Source: Nemertoderma westbladi (lineage: Eukaryota; Animalia; Xenacoelomorpha). From it: DNA of 64,000 bases. Made by a program: the position numbers and the translations under genes. Positions 1-9,789 of this stretch are shown here, piece after piece (position 1 is the first letter of the stretch; each line of letters begins with the position of its first letter). The DNA lies in contig JAUCBJ010007698.1 in the NCBI GenBank assembly GCA_032718475.1, forward strand, positions 1 to 64,000, given 5' to 3'. The notes beneath the pieces are model-generated. The model was given only the letters and a program-made list of their open reading frames with translations. It did not search any database and was not told the origin of the DNA.

Positions 1-2149
1 CAGGTTGACACATTGTTACAGAGGGTGGTGGTATACCCTTTTGGGTATTTACTAATTTATCGCGTTCAAGCGCGATACTTTGCTGCACTTCTTGCAACTC
101 TAGCCTACTTTCCCTTACTGTGCCCTTGAATTGCAGGACAGTCTCCTGCATCTGCCCGAGCAGGATATCCATCCCCCGCCGTCTCTCGTCTACCCAATCA
201 ACCGCCGAAACGGGATCCGCCAACGTCGTAGCGGGCGGACGAGGGACAACGGGCGACAAATTTGGAATATTTCGCTCGGGGTCCAGGACCTGAACTGTCT
301 CTTGGGCAGTTCTACGGGGCACAGGTAGCTTAGTGCTATGCAGAGGGAATTTAGAAGCAGTTTCAGGGAGCACAGGTGTATCTATCACCGAAGGGGTGAT
401 TTCAAGAACAGGCCTAATTATTTCAGGCTCATCCACTATAGTAGGGAGTCTTTCTATTTTAATTATTTGGTCTGTGGGCTCTGTACTACCTAAGTTGGTG
501 TTATTTAGTTGCCTTCTAACAGCTGGAGGCAAATCAGGCAATTTCTGACGGTGGAATGTTCTTTTACGTCTGCTTAGACGAGATCTATTTCCTTTGCCTT
601 CAGTATCGGTGGTATCGCCTTCTTCAGATGATGTATACCCCTGTCTTTTGGGAGTAGATCGCCTCATCATCTGCATATTACTAGCTGTTAACTGTTTATT
701 GAAGTTGTCTTGCCTCTCTTGAAGATTTTCCAACTCTAGTTGGGTTGCCTCTTCAGATGCCCTCCGTTCTGCTTCTGCCACTGCCTCTGCTGTTTTTCTT
801 TCGGCTTCTGCCGCTGCCACTGCTGCTGCCGCTTTCCTTTCCGCTTCGGCCTCTGCCACTGCCACTGCTGCTGCCGCTGCCGCTGCCTTTCTATCCGGTT
901 CTGCCTCTGCCACTGCTGCTGCTGCCTTTCTTTCCGCTTCTGCCTCTGCCACTGCTGCTGCCACTGCTGCTGCCTTTCTATCTTCTATACGTTTTTTCTT
1001 TAATTGTTCTTCTTGGTCTCTAGCGATGCGGAGTTGTTCATCGAATTTAGCTTGGTTCGCCGCTAACCTATCCACCTCAATTGCATCCAACACACGCTGG
1101 GCTCCTTCACTATTAGGGCTAAGCCCATCTAGTCTTCTCCGCAACTCTTCATCACCTACGAAACGCTGATAGTCTGACAGATATATGTCAATGGCATCCC
1201 TCTTATGCGGTTTCTCTGCCGTCGCTTCACTTTCCACTTGGGAAAAAGTAGCGTCTGTTGATTCTCCATGGGTTGAGCGCTCCTCCAACTGAGCTTTCCA
1301 CTGAGCTGCTCCTTGAACCTGGCGACTCACCCGTTGAAACCAAGTCTTTACGGCAACTTGCAACGACGTGTCTTGTTTTCTTTTAGAAGCCTCCTCAAAG
1401 GCGGATAAGATTAGCCTAATCCGCAGAACTCTTTCTCTAACTTGATAAAGCAGCGATCCCTGCTCTTGAGGTCCTTGAGGTTGTTGAAAAAGTTGCTTTT
1501 CTATTCGCTCCATAGAGCTGAAGAATCCCTGTGCGTATCCGGCTGCGGACCTCTTCCACACAGCTGGATCGATGGTTTCCTTGGCTACTCCCATCCGGTG
1601 TATGTCTTCCCAGGCAGCTTCTGATAAATCAAACGGGAGTCCGGGTCCGGGGAAGTTCCATTGCGACTCGACAATAGACTTCAGTTCTTCACTCGTGTAT
1701 CCCGCGTAACTATCTCTAGTTGACCGTTGACTTCTCGCCCAATCGATCTGGTGTTCTTCCACCGCGATCAATAACCCAGCGAGCACGGCTGCAGGAAGGA
1801 TGAGAAGGGGATCCGTATAAACCGCATCCGTCATCTCTGCTCCGCTCTCGGGTGTCAGCTCTACAGTATCCTCACTACTGGAGCTGCTGGGCCGCTGAGG
1901 AATAAGTTCTTGACTAGCGGGTTGTTGCTGTTCCGCTGCCTTTTGATCCCGCTTGACCTGAGCTCGAGTGCCTATGATAGACCTACGATGTTGGACCAGC
2001 CTAGGTTCTGTTATTACTACTGGAGGGATGACCTTCCTCACAGTGGGAGGTGAACTGGATTTACGACCAGACGGTTGTACGTCTCTATCTGAGTCGCAGA
2101 TAGTTACATCTAATAAACTGTCTGACAGGTTCTGCTTAGTATCAGACAT
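1..2149 (-). CDS. gag-like polyprotein N-terminus, partial (about 716 codons, runs off the window)
   Basis: Manual translation from ATG 2149: MSDTKQNLSDSLLDVTIC...EAEAERKAAAAVAEAE...LELQEVQQSIALERDKLVNTQKG; no stop found before position 1, which would explain its absence from the ORF track. Confidence 0.6.
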   Translation of the reverse strand, partial: MSDTKQNLSDSLLDVTICDSDRDVQPSGRKSSSPPTVRKVIPPVVITEPRLVQHRRSIIGTRAQVKRDQKAAEQQQPASQELIPQRPSSSSSEDTVELTPESGAEMTDAVYTDPLLILPAAVLAGLLIAVEEHQIDWARSQRSTRDSYAGYTSEELKSIVESQWNFPGPGLPFDLSEAAWEDIHRMGVAKETIDPAVWKRSAAGYAQGFFSSMERIEKQLFQQPQGPQEQGSLLYQVRERVLRIRLILSAFEEASKRKQDTSLQVAVKTWFQRVSRQVQGAAQWKAQLEERSTHGESTDATFSQVESEATAEKPHKRDAIDIYLSDYQRFVGDEELRRRLDGLSPNSEGAQRVLDAIEVDRLAANQAKFDEQLRIARDQEEQLKKKRIEDRKAAAVAAAVAEAEAERKAAAAVAEAEPDRKAAAAAAAVAVAEAEAERKAAAAVAAAEAERKTAEAVAEAERRASEEATQLELENLQERQDNFNKQLTASNMQMMRRSTPKRQGYTSSEEGDTTDTEGKGNRSRLSRRKRTFHRQKLPDLPPAVRRQLNNTNLGSTEPTDQIIKIERLPTIVDEPEIIRPVLEITPSVIDTPVLPETASKFPLHSTKLPVPRRTAQETVQVLDPERNIPNLSPVVPRPPATTLADPVSAVDWVDERRRGMDILLGQMQETVLQFKGTVRESRLELQEVQQSIALERDKLVNTQKGIPPPSVTMCQP

Positions 2150-3547
2150 GACTATGTATACCGTTGAATGTCTACTGCTGTATTACAGTCTGAGTAAGTC
2201 TAATAACTCAGTATTAACTGCTAGCCTAGTAATTAATTACCGGTACTGCTACTCAGTGTAGCGTGATATATAATATATTAGAATACCGGTATGCTTATAG
2301 TATATATAACTATTATTACAGACTAGGTTTATCACAGAATACCGGTATAATTTTAGCACAAATATATATAAATATATAATAGGCCTATCGGAATACCGGT
2401 ATACAGCTTACAGTTTATAGTATATATAATTCTGGACTAGAATTAATTACAAGTACCGGTATAATTTCAGCCTAAATTTATAGAAATAAAGATAATAGGC
2501 CTATCGTAAATACCGGTATATCAATTATTTTAAATAATTGAATTTCTGAATTTTAGGGTTACTTGGTTACTTTACTTACTTTATTACCGTTATTTGAGCA
2601 GTAATCCAACTGATATTGAGACCTAATGGTTGTATGGTAGGCCTACGATTTATAAATCGTTAGATTTGATTTATAATATATATATACCCGTTTTAGTGGG
2701 TTTTGTCAATGTTTGAAATAAATGTTATTATTTCTGGGGAGTAATCACTACACAAAGCGGTGCGCTTTCAGTGAAGTGTTACTTATAGACACTAAAACAA
2801 ATAATTCTAATTTACCTAAGTTACTTAATACTACAAATTACGTACAATTCGGGTGAGATTACAATCTCTAAATAAACACAAAATTTACAAAAAAACACAA
2901 AATACGAATTTTTAGGGTAATTTTACAAGAAGTCTACAAACCAGCCTAACAAAGGGTTAGAAAACTGGTTCTTACAACGGACAGGGTACTACGGTATTTG
3001 AAATAATAAGTAGTAGTAAATACACTGCGTTGTCTAGATAGGAAAATACCACCGCCTGACGACCTATAGCCGTATCGCTATAGGTTCTACGTTATGTATC
3101 ACGGAGTGTTCCTACCTAGAAGTTAATAGAGCTAATCGAATGTGCCTATCAACCACTTTACAACACAGATATAATGTCTACAATAATTACTTCGGAAAGT
3201 ACTGTACACTAAACCCTAAATTAGGTACGAGTACTTGTATAACAGATAATCAGTAGTTAAATATACTTGAACAGCTAAAAGAACCACGGCATCTGCTGGA
3301 GTGACCGATGCACAAAAATCACCAGTCTTTACCTACGCCGAGCAGCCCGTGTAGTACCGGGGTTAATTTAACTATAGCGGTATGTATAACAAACACAATT
3401 ACTGTAGGAACAAACTTAGGGAATGAATGTTGCGGATAATCGCATAAACTCTGAATAATAAATATTACGCTACGCGTACAAACTACTCAAACAAAATACA
3501 GACCGAACACTGACAGACTACTATCAAGCCTAAACAAACTACGGTAT

Positions 3548-4010
3548 ATGCAGACTCCGAAATGATTAGGGAGTATGCGCTCTAACCCAGTAGTGCGACT
3601 TATTCTTTAGTTGGGGGTTTACCTTACAGCGTTCGCTGCCCCTACTGCCTAACCGTACTTAATCGGACAGATGATCTACACACGCGGCAATCCGTTCAGA
3701 CCTAATAACAGCCAGACAACTATCCAGCCTACAAATTATCTAAATAAAATTATACGCTACCCGTACAGACTTACACAAACAAAGTACAGACTAAACGATG
3801 GCAGACTACTCTCAAGCCTAAATAAACTACAGGACATGCAGACTCCGAAATGATTAGGGAGTATGCGCTCTAACCCAGTAGTGCGACTTATTCTTTAGTT
3901 GGGGGTTTACCTCACTGCGTTCGCTGCCCCTACTTCCTAATCGTACTTAATCGGACAGGTGATCTACACACACTGCAATCCGTTCGGACTTAACAGCAAT
4001 CAGACAACAG
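3548..4010. repeat. direct duplication (about 288-bp period) in the retrotransposon leader
   Basis: atgcagactccgaaatgattagggagtatgcgctctaacccagtagtgcgac occurs at about 3548 and 3836 with continued similarity downstream. Confidence 0.85.
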
Positions 4011-4317
4011 CTCAGCCTACAAATCGTCTGTACAATCTGATCAGGTTTACACGCCTTCTGTTCAATACTGGCCTACAAACAAATAAAACTGACAGAAATA
4101 AGTAAGCTCCAAAAGAAACAAGGGGTGTACAGTCCCTAATCTCTTAAACAGCCTACCGGTATACAACAATCAAATCGAATAATACTAGTGTACTTATACG
4201 GCAGTACCGGTTCTAGCGGTTGGGCCTACTGACCTACAGGTGTACTGTTCAGGTTTACCGGTTGACCGGTACTTTCAACTTTATTGCTTACTGCAATAAA
4301 GAAGCTATATCCTTTAA

Positions 4318-5543
4318 TGTTCGCGCTTTCAGACCTTTGGCAGTTTAACCCACCAAATTAAGATGTCTTCTAGATATTAAATCAGTTTTTAGTCTATGAC
4401 AAGTATTTGATTCACTACACTAGTCGAAACCAATCCGTGCGCGACCATTCACCCGCTGGAGATTCCCGGGAGATTGGGTTCGACGGTTTAATTTTATTGC
4501 TATGTAAGCCTAATGTATTATTCGACTGACAGTATTATATAATCTCTGACAATATTTTTCACCTTCGGTAATATTAACAGTTCCTTTAGGACGTGGCGCT
4601 TTATCTATATAAACAGAGTTATGACTTAAACTACTCACAACGATATGGCTTAATTATAATTCACATATATGGCGCATTCTTTAGGAATTGCTTCTTTAAC
4701 AGACTCACTCATACACAATGCTGCACAATACTGCACACTAATCTGCCAATCTTCACTGATTTTAGTCACATATAAAAGGAACACAGGCTGACTCATGTAG
4801 GGTCTATCAAATAACATTAGATTCACTTCAAACCACTTTAACATAAGTCACAATCGTTTATCTGTAACCCTTCTCTCTTACCTTCGGTATATCAAGAATA
4901 TTGGGTTTCGGGGTTATCTATCGTTATTCCAAATATAATTATTCATCAACCATGTTATGAAGAACTGACAGTAAATAGCAGTATAAAACAACAACTGAAC
5001 ACTGATTGTTATGAGTTTGCAATGTTTCAGCAGTCAGGATGTATGATCCGTCAGCAGTCCGCAGGTTAAAGGATATATGCCCTTTATAATTAAACCTACT
5101 AGTGTAAGACTAAAAACAGTAAAGCACAAAATACTTCCAAGCCGTTCTTTCTTTTGCTCAGGACTGAATGTATACACTGCACATAGGCATTGCGTCATTT
5201 CTCGGAAATTTTCTGTACAAGGAGCCACAAAAACGCTCTAATTGGCTGACTGAACTGAGAGACGCCGTAGAACAAAGGAAATCAACACGTATGAATGTCA
5301 GCTGTTAACCGTAGTCATAGTAACTACTGTTCAAGAGTAGCTATCACCCCTTTGCGTCACGAATTGCCATAGAATCATAAAATATGCCTTTCACAGTACA
5401 CATACGGAGGAAATAGGTCTTAGATCCTCTAAAAACACCGATACAGCAATAATACGGTCTCTTACACTTATTAAATCAACTACAGAGTATTTTAATGTAA
5501 AAGATAATAAAAATAACGGGGCAATTCAGCAAAGGCTTTTACA
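4318..5543 (-). repeat. long terminal repeat (5' LTR, 1226 bp)
   Basis: Plus strand begins tgttcgcg and ends ttttaca; near-identical copy at 60314-63884; minus-strand TATAAA near 5083-5088, CCAAT near 5241 and AATAAA near 4493. Confidence 0.85.
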
Positions 5544-6566
5544 GGGTGGGCGCTACTCCTATCTGCTACCCGAAGGTAGGGGTGGGCGCTACTCCTATCT
5601 GCTACCCGAAGGTAGGGGTGGGCGCTACTCCTATCTGCTACCCGAAGGTAGGGGTGGGCGCTACTCCTATCTGCTACCCGAAGGTAGGGGTGGGCGCTAC
5701 TCCTATCTGCTACCCGAAGGTAGGGGTGGGCGCTACTCCTATCTGCTACCCGAAGGTAGGGGTGGGCGCTACTCCTATCTGCTACCCGAAGGTAGGGGTG
5801 GGCGCTACTCCTATCTGCTACCCGAAGGTAGGGGTGGGCGCTACTCCTATCTGCTACCCGAAGGTAGGGGGGGGGGGGGGCGCTACTCCTATCTGCTACC
5901 CGAAGGTAGGGGTGGGCGCTACTCCTATCTGCTACCCGAAGGTAGGGGTTGGCGCTACTCCTATCTGCTACCCGAAGGTAGGGGTGGGCGCTACTCCTAT
6001 CTGCTACCCGAAAGTAGGGGTGGGCGCTACTCCTATCTGCTACCCGTAGGTAGGGGTGGGCGCTACTCCTATCTGCTACCCGAAGGTAGGGGTGGGCGCT
6101 ACTCCTATCTGCTACCCGAAGGTAGGGGTGGGCGCTACTCCTATCTGCTACCCGAAGGTAGGGGTGGGCGCTACTCCTATCTGCTACCCGAAGGTAGGGG
6201 TGGGCGCTACTCCTATCTGCTACCCGAAGGTAGGGGTGGGCGCTACTCCTATCTGCTACCCGAAGGTAGGGGTGGGCGCTACTCCTATCTGCTACCCGAA
6301 GGTAGGGGTGGGCGCTACTCCTATCTGCTACCCGAAGGTAGGGGTGGGCGCTACTCCTATCTGCTATCCGAAAGTAGGGGTGGGCGCTACTCCTATCTGC
6401 TACCCGAAGGTAGGGGTGGGCGCTACTCCTATCTGCTACCCGAAGGTAGGGGTGGGCGCTACTCCTATCTGCTACCCGAAGGTAGAGGTGGGCGCTACTC
6501 CTATCTGCTATCCGAAAGTAGGGGTGGGCGCTACTCCTATCTGCTACCCGAAGGTAGGGGTGGGCG
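5544..6566. repeat. 36-bp minisatellite, about 28 copies
   Basis: Unit ggggtgggcgctactcctatctgctacccgaaggta, nearly invariant; the array starts flush with the LTR end. Confidence 0.97.
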
Positions 6567-6569
6567 TTA

Positions 6570-7080
6570 CAAGATTGCATTGATTTTACATTTTTTCCCA
6601 GCGAAAAAAGTAAAATAATATATATTTAGTGGAATTTTTTGAATTTTCTTAAATGTGTTGAAAGAGCTTCGACGTAGAATTAGGTTTGCAAGTTATTTGA
6701 TACAAATTTGATACAAATTAAATAGGTTTGCAAGTTATTTGAGCAAAATCGTTATTAGAAATTCAGTGTCTGCGCAGCGTACTCAAAAACGGAACTCAAT
6801 ATCTAATATTGGTTTATGTTGTTAAGCTGCTCTCTAGTTACGTAATAAATATTCGAGAACATTAAATTATTTAACATTGAGTAAGGCAGCATCAGGAGTT
6901 GAAGAGTACAATAATTGGAATAATAGCAGTAACTATGGAAGCAATATAGTAAAATACTATAGTTCAATTTATTTTGTAACACTATATCGCTCTATGTTTT
7001 ATTAAAGAATTTAGAACAAAAAAAACAAATTTAAGAATAAAATTACGTATTACATGGGAAAAAAACGTAGAACACCTTTT
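6570..7080. repeat. dispersed repeat, inverted homolog of 20320-21020
   Basis: aaaacggaactcaatat (about 6787) and atatcgctctatgtttttattaaa (about 6984) match the reverse complement of sequence at 20330-20470. Confidence 0.6.
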
Positions 7081-8340
7081 TTCAATATTCTCTCGACCCC
7101 TTTTTATTAACCTCGGTAAGGCTCGGTAAATAAAATACCTCGAGAAAAGTGAAAAAGTTCTATTTTTTTCCAATGAAATAAATAATTATCTTTTGCGGCA
7201 AGAAAGGGATATTTTAATAAAACTACCAATTACGACAAACGGCACTTATTCGATATGGGTGACCCAATTTTGAAATTTTACTAAATATACTAAAAACATA
7301 TAAGCCTAAATCTATTCTATCATCTTATGTTCTAGAACTAATATTTCACTTTCGGACAGTACGATGGTAGCTAGTAATTTTTATTTTGTTTTAGCTAGTA
7401 TTATTTATTAATAAGTGAAAAAAATTAAATTTAAAAATTTGATATTTTTTTGAAAATGGCTTTAATCATGAGGTTTCTTTGTTCTAGTACAAATATTTTA
7501 CATTCTGACAATAAGATGGTAGCTTGTAACTTTGATTTTGTGTTTCGACTACTTTTTATTAGCGAGTAAAACAAATAAGAATTATAATTTAACCCTCAAT
7601 TAAATTTGTGTGGAATAATTTATGGTTGCTATACATTTTCATTTGATAGTCAGGGTAGCTAGTAATTGTTATTTGATAGTCAGGGTAGCTAGTAATTGTT
7701 ATTTGATAGTCAGGGTAGCTAGAATTAATTTACTAGCTAGTTTTTTTTTATACAAAATATAAATGTTAATACAAACGGAACTCTAGCCAGTTATGGGTGC
7801 CATAGTATAACTCGTTTTGTTTTATTCACTGTTATTCAACTATCTCCTGTTTTATTTTATTATGTGCAGTTTTATTTTATGACAGCGGTGTCTTATTTTA
7901 TGCTTCTATGACAGCGGTGTCTCCACCCAAATAATATAATAATAATAATAATAATAGCCCAAAAATTTATTTTGTTATTTTAAGAACACTAGCTACCATA
8001 ATAATACAATAATGCAGTAACTAACGTCTCTCAGAAGGTGAACTTTATGTTCTAGACCAAAAAGATTCCACTACACCACGGGGGCTCCTGCATCGTTCCG
8101 ATTGAATTTGCCTTACGTAGTTAGTAAGCTACCTTTCGGTTGCTATTGAATACAGTCCGCCCTAAAGGATGGATTTAATCTGTATCCTAATACAGTTAGC
8201 AGTTATTCCCTGTACTGCAAACGAATCTTATTGTTTATATATTTAAACGTTAAACATCAATGAGATTGTATAAATTATTAAGTAATTTAAACAGGACTTA
8301 TTATGAACCAACTCTATAGCAAATGGAGCGGAAAAAATGA

Positions 8341-8426
8341 ATTCGCCAACAGCGGGGATTGAACCCGCGTCTCCCGATAAACGTTCAGATATACTGACCA
8401 CTACACCATGGAGGCTCCTGCATCAT
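8341..8426 (-). mobile_element. tRNA-derived SINE head / tRNA pseudogene
   Basis: Minus strand has A-box-like tggtgtagtgg and B-box ggttcaatccc but no clean acceptor stem; a partial second head lies at about 8069-8095. Confidence 0.6.
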
Positions 8427-9217
8427 TCAGCATTAGTGTGGCCTGGGACCCCATTTTTTGAAAATTTATGGCATCATATTTTGTTGTTAATTTGAATGTA
8501 TAATATCAAGGAGACTTGTTCTAGAACATTGTAAATTACAAAAAATACAAAGACATATATGTATATATATGTTAAATATATATGAAATAAATAAATATAT
8601 AATATATATACAATAACATATATATTTATATTTATATTTAATTATTATTATTTTTTTTTTATTATTCATATTTTTTTATTATTTATATTTTTTATTATTT
8701 ATATAATATAATACAAAACATATATATATATGTTAAATAAAAATAAAATAATAGGAAGGCATTTTAAACAACCATGTTCAGCATGATCCGGTCTCTTAAC
8801 TTTGTGTCCCTGCTTAATTAAAATGATGACTACTTACGGTTGAACAGATAGGAACATGTTGTTTCTGTGTTTCCAATTAATTTTACTTGCTTGAAGACTA
8901 CTTACGGTTGAACAGATAGGAACATGTTGTTTCTCTGTTTCCAAATAATTTTACTTGCTTGATATTGGTCTGTCAAAAACATAATTCGTTCAACTCAAAA
9001 TTATATTTAAGAGACCGGATCATGCTGAACATGGTTGTATAAAATGCCTTCCTATTATTTTATTTTTATTATAATTAGCAACCATGCACTTGACAAATTA
9101 TCTCATATAGTGTTGCTAAGGAAATGATTGCTTATTTGATCTGGAATGCAATACTATTTTGTTTATTATGTATGTGTGTGTGTTTAGCTGGGTTTTGGTG
9201 TAGTTAGTTTGATTAAC

Positions 9218-9271
9218 ATGTGTCCTGCACGGGTTAGTGTAGCTGATGAGCCAAATCCCGGCGAAACACAT
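9218..9271 (+). ncRNA. type III hammerhead ribozyme
   Basis: Stem III atgtgt/acacat; GUC cleavage triplet 9222-9224; stem I ctgcac-gggtta-gtgtag; core CUGAUGA 9243-9249; stem II gcc-aaatccc-ggc; GAAA 9263-9266. All conserved core nucleotides are present. Confidence 0.88.
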
Positions 9272-9789
9272 ATGCAAAAATGTAACCAATGTGATAATTT
9301 TACTTACAGTATTTAAACAGGGTTGCGCTTTGTGTCCCTGCTTAAATAAAACGATGACTACTTACGGTTGAACAGATAGGAACATGTTGTTTCTCTGTTT
9401 CCAAATAATTTTACTTGCTTGATATTGGTCTGTCAAAAACATAATTCGTTCAACTCAAAATTATATTTAAGAGACCGGATCATGCTGAACATGGTTGTAT
9501 AAAATGCCTTCCTATTATTTTATTTTTATTATTTGTTATTATATATATATATATATGTTGAATACATACATAAATTATATAACCGTAGATCTTGTCGCCA
9601 TGATAGTGAAAAAAAATGGGGCCCCAAACCAGACTAATGCCCATCATTTGATTGATATAATTTTTCCGCTCCATTTGCTATAGAATTGGATCATCCAAAG
9701 TCCTGTTTAAATTACTTAATAATAGCAGGTTTTATTTATCCTTAATGTATAATAATATGATTTGAAGTGATTATATTAGGCCTAACAGA

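Larger units (their letters stand above)
1..5543 (-). mobile_element. 5' part of an LTR retrotransposon (probably BEL/Pao-like): 5' LTR, about 2.2-kb leader and start of a gag-like ORF; continues beyond the left edge
   Basis: TG...CA-bounded 1226-bp segment (4318-5543) recurs at 60314-63884; long minus-strand ORF from ATG 2149; layout (MSDT start, Ala/Glu coiled coil, long leader) resembles the BEL/Pao element at 25.6-33.4 kb. No catalytic domain lies inside the window, so the superfamily is inferred. Confidence 0.7.
8274..9723. mobile_element. inverted pair of DNA-transposon terminal sequences (TTAA/GAG ends; Sola3- or Kolobok-like) flanking a directly repeated cassette
   Basis: 8274-8340 is the reverse complement of 9660-9723; ...catgatccggtctc|ttaa (ends 8795) is mirrored by ttaa|gagaccggatcatg at 9011 and 9471; 8800-9070 is directly repeated at 9328-9530. 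Confidence 0.6.

Noticed and set aside
740-1023. Cys-rich and Leu/Pro-rich plus-strand ORFs
   Set aside because: Antisense shadows of the Ala/Glu-rich gag-like ORF on the minus strand.
5492-6583. Repetitive ORFs (HPYLRVADRSSA)n and (GVGATPICYPKV)n
   Set aside because: By-products of a 36-bp unit without stops; no synonymous variation, and the ORFs run into the LTR.
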